NCBI GenBank assembly: GCA_049599895.1
Contig: JBMYPC010000004.1
Span: 1-47,202, forward strand
Length of the DNA stretch: 47,202 bases
Source: Bacteriovoracaceae bacterium
Lineage (GTDB): Bacteria > Bdellovibrionota > Bacteriovoracia > Bacteriovoracales > Bacteriovoracaceae
Reading direction: 5' to 3'
A program made the translations under genes and the position numbers. The notes below the pieces were generated by a model. The model saw only the letters and a program-made list of their open reading frames with translations. It ran no database searches and was not told where the DNA came from. Positions 8,784 to 18,462 of the stretch are shown here, one piece after another (the stretch's first letter is position 1; each line of letters starts with the position of its first letter).

Positions 8784-9720
8784 AGTTTTTATAAAGAATT
8801 TCGATTGCCTGTTCTATGATTTTATCCTCAGGCAAATTCTTATAAGCTTTCATCAATGAGGTTAATTGCTCAATGGATTTTGCACCAACAAGAGAAAACC
8901 CATCTCTTGATCTGAGTTGAGAGAATCCAAGGGCGAACTCAAGGCCTGTGACTTCATTTTTATCAAGATATTTAAAGACTTCTCCTAATGCGAGGACTTT
9001 CTTTTTCACTTCTTCTTTATCCCACCACGGAGCCCAAGAACGACAATCTTCAGAGTCGTAAGACCTTTTCTCATTCACCCTTTTTGTCAGAATCCCCTTA
9101 TCGAGTGTTCCCCATCCCATGAATGTAAGCTCCTCTTTCTCACAAAGAGGTAAAAGAGTTTCAAGAGTGTATTGATTAAAAGGATTAAGTTCTGATTGAA
9201 TCACCTCAACTTTATCCACTTCTTGAGCACGAATAAAGTCTTCTGGATATGTATTGCAAAGACCAATTGATAAAATCTTCCCTTCATCCTTTGCTCTTGA
9301 AAGGACTTCCATCGGCTTTCTAATATCGACTTTTTCGTCAGGCCAATGAATCATATAAAGATCAATATAATCAGATTGAAGGTCTCTTAAAGATTGCTCT
9401 AGCATCTTTTGAGTTGTTCCTGGATCATTAGTCATATTGACTCGACCATTGTCATGCCAACTCACTCCTGACTTAGAAACAATTTTAATCTTCTCACGTT
9501 TATTCTTAAAGGCCTTCCCCATACGTTTTTCACTGAGACCAAAGCCATAAATTGGAGCTGTATCAAAGAGTTTCAGTCCCTGATTATAGGCAAGGTTTAA
9601 AAGATCGATGGCCTCTTGCTCATTAATTTTACCAAACCCGTAACCCTTCCCTTCTCCAGAGATGGAGGCCCCGCCAAAGGCCACGCGACAGTCTAAATCT
9701 TTGAAAATACAATTTTTCAT
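8773..9720 (-). CDS. Aldo/keto reductase
   Basis: FDTAPIYG, SK, LQSDYIDLYMIHWP (D-Y-K-H tetrad). Confidence 0.92.
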   Translation of the reverse strand: MKNCIFKDLDCRVAFGGASISGEGKGYGFGKINEQEAIDLLNLAYNQGLKLFDTAPIYGFGLSEKRMGKAFKNKREKIKIVSKSGVSWHDNGRVNMTNDPGTTQKMLEQSLRDLQSDYIDLYMIHWPDEKVDIRKPMEVLSRAKDEGKILSIGLCNTYPEDFIRAQEVDKVEVIQSELNPFNQYTLETLLPLCEKEELTFMGWGTLDKGILTKRVNEKRSYDSEDCRSWAPWWDKEEVKKKVLALGEVFKYLDKNEVTGLEFALGFSQLRSRDGFSLVGAKSIEQLTSLMKAYKNLPEDKIIEQAIEILYKNYER

Positions 9721-9807
9721 TTTTCCTCACTTACAAATAAACTGTATACCTTCAAACGGCTCTAAAGAATAGGCGACATTTGATAATTCTGTTACTATAC
9801 ATCTCTC

Positions 9808-10887
9808 ATGAAAAAGAAATTATTAGTTTTTGCCCACCGCGCAGAAGCTCAAATTTTCATTGAAAACCTCGAACTTAAAGCAGTTCCGACTTCTCCTGAA
9901 GGCCCAAAGTTTCAGGGAGTTTATGAAGGTACAAAAGAGATTCTTTTCATTCTCGGAGAAGGGCCAATCAACGCGCTCACGAAGCTCTCTTCGTTTCTTG
10001 GAATTCATCACAAAAAAATTGACACTATTATCAATTTTGGAATTGCCGGGGTTTTCCAAACAACAGAATCCATTAAACTGGGATCAATTATTCCAATAAA
10101 AACGATCCTTTGTTATTTTGAAAATATTCAATTTCATACTTTTGAAGTGCAAACTCCTCATGCAAAAGATGAGCTTGTTACCGTTCATCGAAGACAACTT
10201 GATCTCGAACAAAAATCAGTACTCTGTCCTTTGGCCAACGTTGTTGATCGAGAGGCCTGGGGACTAGCGAAAGCAAGCCAGTTTTTTCAAAAACCATTAT
10301 TCGTCTATAAGCTCATTAGTGACCAGATTGGTGAGAATCAAAACTTTTGTGAAGAGGCAAAAATCCTTTCACAAGAGTACTCATTCAAAATGTTTGCTTT
10401 CTACCAGAGTCTCAATTCTCAAGAACAACCTGTCCCAGAGACTCATGACTTCGCTCACTACAGCCAAATTCTCGGCCTCGGTGATGACTTCTATTTCACG
10501 ACATCTCAAAAAAGTTCCTTTCTCGCTTTGATGAAAAGAATATCTCAGAATGAAAATACCTTTAAAAGTCTGAAAGGCTTTTTAAATACAGACGCCATTA
10601 AGTCATTAGAGATAAGACCAAAAGAGAAATCTAAACTTTTGATTCAAGGAATTAAAGAGTTTCAAAACCCTCATATGACCAAGATCCAAAAGAAATTAAA
10701 CTCGCTTTTAGATCCTCATCAAAGAAATGACTTTAAACTCTCGTATTCTTCAGATCTTGAAGAAGCAACTCTGAATATTCATTTAAAGGTTTCCTCTCCT
10801 TCAGAAGTCGAAATCATCAATCAGAGAGTCAAAGAGCTCCCCCTAGACGAACTTCAAGAGATTTTTAAAGGTAATTATGATCTTTAA
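9808..10887 (+). CDS. Divergent nucleoside phosphorylase/MTA-SAH nucleosidase-like domain plus unknown C-terminal region
   Basis: FAHRAEA, GEGPINA, INFGIAG, VDREA (DME-like) and KLISD occur in PNP_UDP_1 order; overlaps the next gene by 11 bp. Confidence 0.6.
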   Translation: MKKKLLVFAHRAEAQIFIENLELKAVPTSPEGPKFQGVYEGTKEILFILGEGPINALTKLSSFLGIHHKKIDTIINFGIAGVFQTTESIKLGSIIPIKTILCYFENIQFHTFEVQTPHAKDELVTVHRRQLDLEQKSVLCPLANVVDREAWGLAKASQFFQKPLFVYKLISDQIGENQNFCEEAKILSQEYSFKMFAFYQSLNSQEQPVPETHDFAHYSQILGLGDDFYFTTSQKSSFLALMKRISQNENTFKSLKGFLNTDAIKSLEIRPKEKSKLLIQGIKEFQNPHMTKIQKKLNSLLDPHQRNDFKLSYSSDLEEATLNIHLKVSSPSEVEIINQRVKELPLDELQEIFKGNYDL

Positions 10888-11896
10888 TAAAATCCTTATA
10901 GAAGAGGATCTTTACGATAATCCTAGGGTTGATCAAATCCTTGAGAAGCTCAAGCGGAAAAAAGATGAATCAGAAAATGTCTTTCAGATCAAAAGCTATT
11001 CTGATTACTTTAGCAATGTCAAAAAACCTTATTTACAAAAAAGAGAGAACCTCAACCTTTTTATCGCCAATAAAAAAGGGGAACTTGTCAAAGTCGCCCC
11101 TGATGCCTATGGCACAAAAGGCGCTCCTCATTATTATTACGTCCATAGCTATAACTGTATCTATGAATGTAATTATTGCTACCTTCAAGGATACTTTCAT
11201 TCCCCTGATCTTGTGGTCTTCTTAAATACAGAAGACATTATTAAACGAATGGAAGGGATTCTTAAGAATCATTCTGAACAAGAGGTGTGGTTTCATGCTG
11301 GAGAATTTAGTGATTCTCTCGCCCTTTCCCATATCACTTCTGAAATCGAATCTTTTTATCCATTTTTCAAAAAGAACCCAAAAGCGATTTGGGAGCTTCG
11401 AACCAAATCTGCAAACATAAGAGGCTTAAAAAAAATGGAACCTCTGGAAAATCTAGTCGTGAGTTTCTCTCTTTCCCCAGAAGACTCTTGTCAGCAAAAC
11501 GATCTTAAAACTCCCAGACTAAAAGCAAGACTAAATGCCATAAAAGAATTATACGACCACGGTCACAAGATAGGTCTTCATTTTGACCCTATTATTTATC
11601 ATGAAGACCTTGAAAGTCAGTATCAAGGCCTTCTCCTTGAGCTTTCTAAGAAAATCCCCCTTTCTGAGATTCAATATCTTTCAATTGGAGTTGTTAGGTT
11701 TTCTAAAAGCTCTTATCAACAGACAATTCAAAATTACCCAGAAGCTGGGTATCTCAAACAAGACTTTGTGAGCGCGAATGACGACAAGGTCAAATACCCT
11801 AAGCCAATGAGAAATTGGATCCTTTCTAAAGTGAAAGACCTCTGTATTAAAAATGGAGTTTTAGAAGATGCGATTTATGAATGCATGGAACTTTAA
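10877..11896 (+). CDS. Spore photoproduct lyase (SplB)-like radical SAM protein
   Basis: NCIYECNYCYLQ (CxxxCxxC, SPL-like YCYL), ELRTKS, SFSL, HFDPII, KYP and terminal YECME. Confidence 0.85.
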   Translation: MIFNKILIEEDLYDNPRVDQILEKLKRKKDESENVFQIKSYSDYFSNVKKPYLQKRENLNLFIANKKGELVKVAPDAYGTKGAPHYYYVHSYNCIYECNYCYLQGYFHSPDLVVFLNTEDIIKRMEGILKNHSEQEVWFHAGEFSDSLALSHITSEIESFYPFFKKNPKAIWELRTKSANIRGLKKMEPLENLVVSFSLSPEDSCQQNDLKTPRLKARLNAIKELYDHGHKIGLHFDPIIYHEDLESQYQGLLLELSKKIPLSEIQYLSIGVVRFSKSSYQQTIQNYPEAGYLKQDFVSANDDKVKYPKPMRNWILSKVKDLCIKNGVLEDAIYECMEL

Positions 11897-11905
11897 AAGG
11901 TTTCT

Positions 11906-12778
11906 TTACTGAACAGAGACTCGCTCAAATAAAGCTTTGACTTCACTGGCATAGTACTCTGCATCTGAAAAGTAGTTACGAAAATACTGAAGATCTGGAG
12001 ACTCATCTTTTGAAAAACTTCCGAAATAGTTCCACTGACGAATAAAGTCATCAAAAAGAGCTTCTGCTTCAGACTGAAGGTATTCATCTTTACTAAGATA
12101 TCTTAAACCTTGCTTTAAAATATTGCTCACAAGAAGAATGTTAGACAGCGTGTGCTGATCTTTTAAGATTTGAAGTGAACCAAGAAAAAGTTTCTGCAAA
12201 AGAAGCTCTCTTTGCTCTTCTGTCCACTTATGAATTGTTGAGGCCTCAAAGATGGTCTCCAGGAAATAAAAAATTTCATTCTCTCTGCAGACATCAATAT
12301 TTGATAAAAGGTTTTTCCAGCTTGGATCAATAAGGTTTTTCTCTGACTTTGAATTGAAGTCTTTTTTTAACTCTAGGAAAGAGCGCTTTGAAGTTTTGTT
12401 GATGAGGACTTTTTCCATAACATCATCAAGAGTTTCAATCATGGTTTCAAAGTTTGAATACATCTTGTACTCAGGGTCGATATAATTTTGATCAGCGAAA
12501 ATTCGTTCGATATCTTTAAGGCATTGAACATTTTCACTTTTTAAATTCGTAAGCACTCCTTCAGCTGAAAAGGAATGCACCTTTTTAATTGAAGCTGTTT
12601 TTAGTGTTACAATGTCATGGGATTTTTCTAGAGCATCATCAGTTTTATGATTAATTGCTCCGATCTTATTAACACTTGCATGAGTGCGTACAGGTGCTTC
12701 TTTCTCCACTGTTTCAGAGAGAAAGAATTTCCCGGCTACGACTAGCAATGTTATAATAAGGACATACATGATTTTCAT
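11906..12778 (-). CDS. Hypothetical protein with N-terminal signal/anchor
   Basis: 290-aa ORF, GGAG absent but hydrophobic N-terminus; no family recognised. Confidence 0.7.
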   Translation of the reverse strand: MKIMYVLIITLLVVAGKFFLSETVEKEAPVRTHASVNKIGAINHKTDDALEKSHDIVTLKTASIKKVHSFSAEGVLTNLKSENVQCLKDIERIFADQNYIDPEYKMYSNFETMIETLDDVMEKVLINKTSKRSFLELKKDFNSKSEKNLIDPSWKNLLSNIDVCRENEIFYFLETIFEASTIHKWTEEQRELLLQKLFLGSLQILKDQHTLSNILLVSNILKQGLRYLSKDEYLQSEAEALFDDFIRQWNYFGSFSKDESPDLQYFRNYFSDAEYYASEVKALFERVSVQ

Positions 12779-12861
12779 TTGCGGAGAACTTACATTCTTG
12801 AGTACTCCCTGGCCATGGATTGACGCTTAGAAAACTGTATTTTTTTTGTGAGGTATTTTTT

Positions 12862-13284
12862 ATGAGGATTCGGTTCATCATTTTTGTTTTGACGCTCATG
12901 TCTTTTTCTCAAAGCTTTGCAGCAAAGTTTGACCTAGCAAAAGCAAATGCAGAGCTTCAAAACTATATTGAAACTTATAAAGAGTCTCATCTTGAACATT
13001 ATGCAAAAGATTTTGAAATCCATCTGACGCGACTTCAAAATCTTTACAAGGAAAGAAGAACATTTCTTGAACAAACACTAAATGAACTTAAAAAAGTTGA
13101 AATCAACCGCCGTGCGGATGTCAGCAAAGTTCTCAGCAACCTTAGAAAACTAACAAAAGATTTTGAGAAGGCCCAAAAGAGACGACTCAAATTTTTTCAA
13201 AAGGACGTGCTCAAACCAGTTGAGAAAAAGTTTAAAGAGCAACACCGCCACGATATGGGTCAATTTAGAAAAAATGCCTACTGA
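12862..13284 (+). CDS. Hypothetical secreted alpha-helical protein
   Basis: ATG at 12862 after GAGG; signal peptide ending SFA-A. Confidence 0.7.
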   Translation: MRIRFIIFVLTLMSFSQSFAAKFDLAKANAELQNYIETYKESHLEHYAKDFEIHLTRLQNLYKERRTFLEQTLNELKKVEINRRADVSKVLSNLRKLTKDFEKAQKRRLKFFQKDVLKPVEKKFKEQHRHDMGQFRKNAY

Positions 13285-13316
13285 CGGGCCCGATTTTCAA
13301 GATTTTCTTTTTTTAC

Positions 13317-13345
13317 TTGCACTTTTGGATCAATTAACCTAATTT
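13317..13345 (+). promoter_or_regulatory. Putative sigma70 promoter of rpmB
   Basis: TTGCAC-N17-TAATTT. Confidence 0.5.
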
Positions 13346-13389
13346 CATGATCTTGTTAAACGTGAATAGCTGTAATGCGGAGATGCATC

Positions 13390-13623
13390 ATGTCAAGAGT
13401 ATGTGAACTTACTGGTAAAAGAAGACTTGTTGGAAACAAAGTTTCTCACGCTAAAAATAGATCAAAAATGACTCAACAACCAAACCTTCAGACTAAAAGA
13501 GTTTTCGACCCTGAAACAGGAAAAACTATTAAACTCAGGCTTTCAACTAAAGCAATTAGAACTTTAGATAAGCTTGGAAGCCTATCTGCTTTTAGAAAGA
13601 AGTTTGAAACGAACCTTAAGTAA
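13390..13623 (+). CDS. rpmB: 50S ribosomal protein L28
   Basis: MSRVCELTGK...GNKVSHAKNRSK...PNLQ; GGAG SD before the ATG at 13390. Confidence 0.96.
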   Translation: MSRVCELTGKRRLVGNKVSHAKNRSKMTQQPNLQTKRVFDPETGKTIKLRLSTKAIRTLDKLGSLSAFRKKFETNLK

Positions 13624-13745
13624 TTAATATTACTAACATTCTATCGTTAAAAAATCATTTCTCTCACCTATGAGATTAATCTAAAAATTTTTGCCTATAT
13701 AGCATCTCGTTATGTTTTGAGTCAAAATAGACCGAAAGGCTGTCT

Positions 13746-14693
13746 ATGATTCATAACAATTCAACAGATCCAGTATTTATTAAAAAAATCCATCTCGAAG
13801 TATGGACTCTAAGAGAAGAAATCGAATTTAGTGTTGAGCAGGCTGCTCTCAACCATCAAGATGATCAGGCGCAACTCTTTGCTAAAATCAAAAAAATCCA
13901 AGATGAGTACAACTCAAATAAAACTGCCCCCTCAGCTCTAGCAGAAGTCACTCCTCTTTCGGCTCCTACAGAAGCAGCTGAAAATCAAGAAACTCCAGAG
14001 CAAGATGGTGAAAACCCAGAACAAATTGAGGCCTCAGCTGAAGAAAGCTCTGAAGAGAATTCCGATGAAACGCCTGAAGAAAGGCCAGAAGATAATCTCG
14101 AAAATAACCCCGACGAAGAGGCGTCCGAAGCGCAATCAGCAGATGCTGAAGGTAATGAAGATGCTGAACAGGCACCAGAGGGAGAGACTCCTTTTGAAGA
14201 AGTTCCTTCAGGTAATGTAACAGAGTTTCCTGCAAGTGAGGCCATGGAAGGATTAACAGGTGCAGCTGAAAATGCTGACAACCTTCTTCTTTTTCAAAAA
14301 CGCCCTCCTCTTCCAGAGCAAAGAAAATTCAGGGGTATGACAATCCTTGCTGAAATTACGATGGAAGGAATTTACTTTTTCTCTGACCAGAATCTTCTTT
14401 CTGGCCAAAATATTGTTCTTGATTTTCTTGTTCCAAGAAGATTTCTCATTCAAGCTGAGGTCGTTTTTTGTAGACCTTATAATATGAGAAGCCGAATTAT
14501 CAGTAACAGCTCACTTCCCTTTCGTTGTGGAGCGCGCTTTACGTTTAATAAAGAAGGACAGCGAACGCTTCTTAGAGAATTTCTTGAAACCATTGAGCCA
14601 GATTACGTACCGCAAGCGAAGCCTAAGAAGGTTGCGAAAGTGCAAGAAGAAAATCATGGCGACATGGATGATCTCGACGATCTCGACCTATAG
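13746..14693 (+). CDS. Protein with long acidic linker and C-terminal PilZ-like domain
   Basis: E/A/P-rich low-complexity middle; C-terminal ILAEITMEG...LLSGQNIVLDF...IQAEVVFCR...CGARF...LLREFL fits the PilZ barrel pattern. Confidence 0.65.
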   Translation: MIHNNSTDPVFIKKIHLEVWTLREEIEFSVEQAALNHQDDQAQLFAKIKKIQDEYNSNKTAPSALAEVTPLSAPTEAAENQETPEQDGENPEQIEASAEESSEENSDETPEERPEDNLENNPDEEASEAQSADAEGNEDAEQAPEGETPFEEVPSGNVTEFPASEAMEGLTGAAENADNLLLFQKRPPLPEQRKFRGMTILAEITMEGIYFFSDQNLLSGQNIVLDFLVPRRFLIQAEVVFCRPYNMRSRIISNSSLPFRCGARFTFNKEGQRTLLREFLETIEPDYVPQAKPKKVAKVQEENHGDMDDLDDLDL

Positions 14694-14768
14694 GGCCCTT
14701 CTCAGCTTGAAATTTAGACTCGTAAAGTTATATAATCCCAATACCCCCACTAAACCATCGACTGAACT

Positions 14769-15776
14769 ATGACTAAACGACACAAGTTTTCAACCTGGGC
14801 CACAGGACTTCTTATCATCTCTATTCTCTCTCTTGTGGGGTTTAATCAAATCTTTCATCGCGACTCAGGGAGCAACGAATCGAGTGAGGTCTTCTCCTCT
14901 ATCTTTTCAAAAGAAAGTTTTGGAGACATTCAAAACATTTCCTTTAAAAACAGATTAAGTGAAATCCAGTTTGAAAAAGATGAAAAATCAAATTGGATGA
15001 TGATTTCTCCAAGAAAAGTTAAGGCCAAGGTTGAAATTCTCGATCGAATTTTCCAAGGACTTGAAGAAATAAAGGTTATTAGAGTCTATGAAAAAGACCC
15101 CATTAATCTTTCAAACTTCTCCTTAGAAGAGCCTAATCTGGTTATTCAGTTAAGCAATAAAGAAAAGAGCATGACTTTTAAGTTTGGCCTCGTCAATCCA
15201 ATCGATAATTCAACTTACCTCACCCTAGAAGAAGATAAAGTCATTTATCAAATCCACTCTCTTGGAAGTCGAATTGAAACGTTTGGTCTCGCCAGTTTTA
15301 TTGACGCTAAGATTTTCTCTTTAGAGCCAGAGAAACTCAAGTCTCTTGCCATTTATCGAGGAAAAAGCTCTAGTGCCCAACTCAAACTCACTCAGCAAAA
15401 AAGCGGTTGGAAAAGTTCAACAGGAAGAGTCGTTGCGGCCAATCCTGTTCATCAATATATTGAAACACTAAACAAGTTAAGCTCCTCTCATATCATTGAT
15501 AATATCTCTGAAACTCAGATGAAAAGTTTTCAAGAGTATCTCAAACGCCCTTCTTACAAAATTGAGTTCGTTGATAAAAACAATAAAAAGCTTCAGTATG
15601 TTATTTCATTGCCCCTTAAAAGCCTTCCCGATCTCAAAATAAAATACAGACAGAATGTTCTTGTAAAAGCTTCTCACCTTAAGTACTTCTACCTCTTTCC
15701 AAAAGAAGCCTTATCAAATTTTCAAAAGACGCAATACTCTTTTAAAAAGCTTTCGATAAAAAAGATTTTTTACTAA
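14769..15776 (+). CDS. DUF4340-like membrane-anchored periplasmic protein
   Basis: N-terminal TM; two repeats of a 'fek..nWmm.sP' type module; FSLEEP...FGLVNP...TY. Confidence 0.65.
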   Translation: MTKRHKFSTWATGLLIISILSLVGFNQIFHRDSGSNESSEVFSSIFSKESFGDIQNISFKNRLSEIQFEKDEKSNWMMISPRKVKAKVEILDRIFQGLEEIKVIRVYEKDPINLSNFSLEEPNLVIQLSNKEKSMTFKFGLVNPIDNSTYLTLEEDKVIYQIHSLGSRIETFGLASFIDAKIFSLEPEKLKSLAIYRGKSSSAQLKLTQQKSGWKSSTGRVVAANPVHQYIETLNKLSSSHIIDNISETQMKSFQEYLKRPSYKIEFVDKNNKKLQYVISLPLKSLPDLKIKYRQNVLVKASHLKYFYLFPKEALSNFQKTQYSFKKLSIKKIFY

Positions 15777-15788
15777 AAAAATGAAAGG

Positions 15789-17240
15789 TTATGAGACCTT
15801 TCTCTGAGGGACAACTCTTGAATTTGTCGGTAAAGCCTTTTCTTTTGTCAGTTTCTTCGGGTCAACAAAGGCCTTAATAAAGTTTTCAATGATCACTGAG
15901 TTATAACGCTTTACCATCTTACTATCAGTAATAATTGCTTTGAGGGCCTCCGTAGGCTTTAGCTTTTGATCAATCATCATATGAGCAAAGTCATCAGCAA
16001 GATGAATAATATTGGCAAGAGTGAGAATCTTGACCCCCTTAATATTATGGGGATAACCAGTACCATCAAAGTTCTCATGATGTTGATAAATAATCTGCTT
16101 TACAGATTTATTGATGAGAGAATTATTATCGACGATTTGTGCGCCAATCTCTGGATGGAGTTGATACTTTTTGAGCTGGTCCTCATTCATATCTTTTGGT
16201 CTCATCTTTACCAATTCTTGAGGGAGTTCCATTTTCCCAATATCATGAAGCATACAGGCCATAGCAGCTGTTTCAATCGTTGTTTTTGATTGCCACTCAA
16301 ATTGTTTAATAATGGCACTCGTATAAAGAGTGACGAGAAATGAATGTTCGACGGCTTCAGGGTCAAAATCATGATAACTTTTTAAAAGTTTATAGAGATC
16401 TTCTTCTTTTTCAATGAAATTATAAATATGCTCACAAACCTGTCGACCTTCCTCTATGATTTGCGGCTTTACTCCCTGGGTAAAAACCTCTTCGGTATAC
16501 TTCTCACTGAGGTTTTTCAAAAGACCCATTTTACGATCTGCACCTACTTTTTTACTTGTGACAGTCTTACCTGCAACGAGATTTGAAAACTGAATAAATT
16601 TTCGGCGGTCTTTAGTATGAAAGAATAAATATTCAATATTCTTGTCATTCTTATAACGATCGAGTCTCTCTTTATCGAACTTATCCCCAGCATGGAGGAT
16701 TTTAAGATACTTATTTTTAGCTAGTTTTATATAGATATCAAATAGGACTGCTTTTGAACTATAGAACTGATCAATACGGACCTGAGTAAAATCGTTATCA
16801 ACACAACTGACCTCCTCCTCTTCTGACACAGTGTCTCTGACCTGAAGGTTGCTTAGAAAGTCGCTCAAGTCTTGATGGTCTTCAAGAAGCCCTGAAATAT
16901 CAGGAAACTCTACAGGCTTAATGACAATTTCCATTGCCCCTATTTTCTTCAAGCCTTTTTCATCAAAGCCACATTCATCAAACTCTTCTTGAGTGTTAAA
17001 AATGAGAACCGTTTTTACTTTCTTCTTATTCTTCTGACAGAACTTTAAAACTTGAATTGCTGAGTGACTGGAAGTTGCGTAGTTAATGATAAGAGAGAAA
17101 TAGTTTTCGTTATAAAGATTAAGCTGGGCTTCTTTTCCGTTAATTGCAGTCGATACATCATAATGAATTGAAGAGAAATACTTCTCAGCTTCCTCTAACC
17201 AAGTCTCATTGGGATCAACTAGCATTACTTTTAGGGCCAA
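15789..17240 (-). CDS. Atypical receiver (REC) + HD-GYP c-di-GMP phosphodiesterase
   Basis: N-terminal KVMLVD...KP (phospho-Asp apparently replaced by N); HS, LHDIGK, HP, HHENFDGTGYP and AD motifs. Confidence 0.88.
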   Translation of the reverse strand: MALKVMLVDPNETWLEEAEKYFSSIHYDVSTAINGKEAQLNLYNENYFSLIINYATSSHSAIQVLKFCQKNKKKVKTVLIFNTQEEFDECGFDEKGLKKIGAMEIVIKPVEFPDISGLLEDHQDLSDFLSNLQVRDTVSEEEEVSCVDNDFTQVRIDQFYSSKAVLFDIYIKLAKNKYLKILHAGDKFDKERLDRYKNDKNIEYLFFHTKDRRKFIQFSNLVAGKTVTSKKVGADRKMGLLKNLSEKYTEEVFTQGVKPQIIEEGRQVCEHIYNFIEKEEDLYKLLKSYHDFDPEAVEHSFLVTLYTSAIIKQFEWQSKTTIETAAMACMLHDIGKMELPQELVKMRPKDMNEDQLKKYQLHPEIGAQIVDNNSLINKSVKQIIYQHHENFDGTGYPHNIKGVKILTLANIIHLADDFAHMMIDQKLKPTEALKAIITDSKMVKRYNSVIIENFIKAFVDPKKLTKEKALPTNSRVVPQRKVS

Positions 17241-17284
17241 CTTATTTCCTTACTTCAATAAACGAAAACTCTACCGTCTAATTC

Positions 17285-17311
17285 TCATCGGCTGTTTGGG
17301 CCCATAAGTTA
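17285..17311 (-). promoter_or_regulatory. Putative sigma28 (FliA) promoter of the REC-HD-GYP gene
   Basis: TAAC-N15-GCCGATGA. Confidence 0.65.
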
Positions 17312-17482
17312 AAACAAGAGATTGTAAGCACTTGAAATCAGTTAACAACTAACTAATGAATATCATTGAATTACGGTATTTAAAAAGAATAGAGGATCAA
17401 TTTATGTGAAAAAGACGCAAAAATGCAGGTCAGAAAAACACTTTTCCGACCCTAACAGTATATTTTTGAAATGAAGTTGAAG

Positions 17483-17662
17483 TTACTTAATTTCTTTGTG
17501 TACGGTATGCTTATTTAAGAAAGGATTAAACTTTTTAATCTCTAGTCTTTCAGGGTTTTTCTTCTTGTTTTTAGTTGTATGATAACGAGAAGGTGTTTTT
17601 CCCAGTTTTCTAGCTTCTGTACATTCTAGGGTAATTACAACTCGAGGTCCCTTAGCGGCCAC
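17483..17662 (-). CDS. rpmG: 50S ribosomal protein L33 (not in the ORF track, 59 aa)
   Basis: GTG start after [65 protein letters not shown]. Confidence 0.96.
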   Translation of the reverse strand: MAAKGPRVVITLECTEARKLGKTPSRYHTTKNKKKNPERLEIKKFNPFLNKHTVHKEIK

Positions 17663-17697
17663 GTTTCACTCCTTATTTCAGCTTGTTCGAATGCAAG

Positions 17698-17726
17698 AAA
17701 GTACATAAGGTATAGGCATTAGACAA
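17698..17726 (-). promoter_or_regulatory. Putative sigma70 promoter of rpmG
   Basis: TTGTCT-N17-TACTTT. Confidence 0.5.
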
Positions 17727-17779
17727 GTTAAATTATAAAATTCATAGGACTTTTGTCTTTTCTGAGATAGAGATAAGTA

Positions 17780-18055
17780 ATGATTAATGAAGCGAACTGG
17801 AACACCTGCTATTATAAAAATAATGAACTGAAGGCTTTTCTCTCCCTTGTCGCTGAGCCTGATGCCCTTGATGAAGTTTCCATCGGTTATGCAATAACCC
17901 TTACAGATCAAGATGATATAGAGCTTTTTCAAGAAAACTACAACATTCTGGAAAACGCTGTGCAAAGCATTAACCAAAGATACTCAGACTGGGAGTTCGT
18001 AAGTATGGTTAAAAACAATGGTGGTGGTGGCTGCGCATCCTGTGCAGCACATTAA
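17780..18055 (+). CDS. Small acidic hypothetical protein with C-terminal GGGGCASCAAH tail
   Basis: 91-aa ORF with protein-like composition and a CxxCxxH terminus. Confidence 0.7.
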   Translation: MINEANWNTCYYKNNELKAFLSLVAEPDALDEVSIGYAITLTDQDDIELFQENYNILENAVQSINQRYSDWEFVSMVKNNGGGGCASCAAH

Positions 18056-18175
18056 GAGAAACTAAAGAAAAGGTTTTTTTTATTTTCTTTAAATTCTTAG
18101 GACAGCAAGCTTGACAATTTTTAGGTACTAAGCGATAAAACCACTTCGTTCTTTCGTACTATTAAGAGGTTACTC

Positions 18176-18439
18176 ATGAAAAAAGATATTCATCCAAATT
18201 ACCGCCCTGTTGTTTTTAAGGACGTTTCTTGCGACTTCGCTATCCTTACTCGTTCAACCGTAGAAACAGATCAAACGATTAAATGGGAAGACGGAAATGA
18301 GTATCCGCTAATCAAAATTGATATTTCTTCTGAAAGCCACCCATTCTATACAGGTAAGCAAAAGATTCTCGATACCGAAGGTCGTATCGAAAAATTCAGA
18401 AAGAAATTTGGTTCTTCATACGCACGTCTTAAGAAATAA
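18176..18439 (+). CDS. rpmE2: 50S ribosomal protein L31 type B
   Basis: [16 protein letters not shown]...[23 protein letters not shown]; 87 aa; TTGACA upstream at 18111. Confidence 0.95.
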   Translation: MKKDIHPNYRPVVFKDVSCDFAILTRSTVETDQTIKWEDGNEYPLIKIDISSESHPFYTGKQKILDTEGRIEKFRKKFGSSYARLKK

Positions 18440-18462
18440 GAAACTTTTCTTCATTCGCAGTA

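Noticed and set aside
13966..14453. Several overlapping short ORFs on both strands
   Set aside because: Shadows of the low-complexity acidic linker of 13746..14693.
17678..17977. 99-aa minus-strand ORF
   Set aside because: Antisense to the more protein-like 17780..18055 and covers the rpmG promoter.
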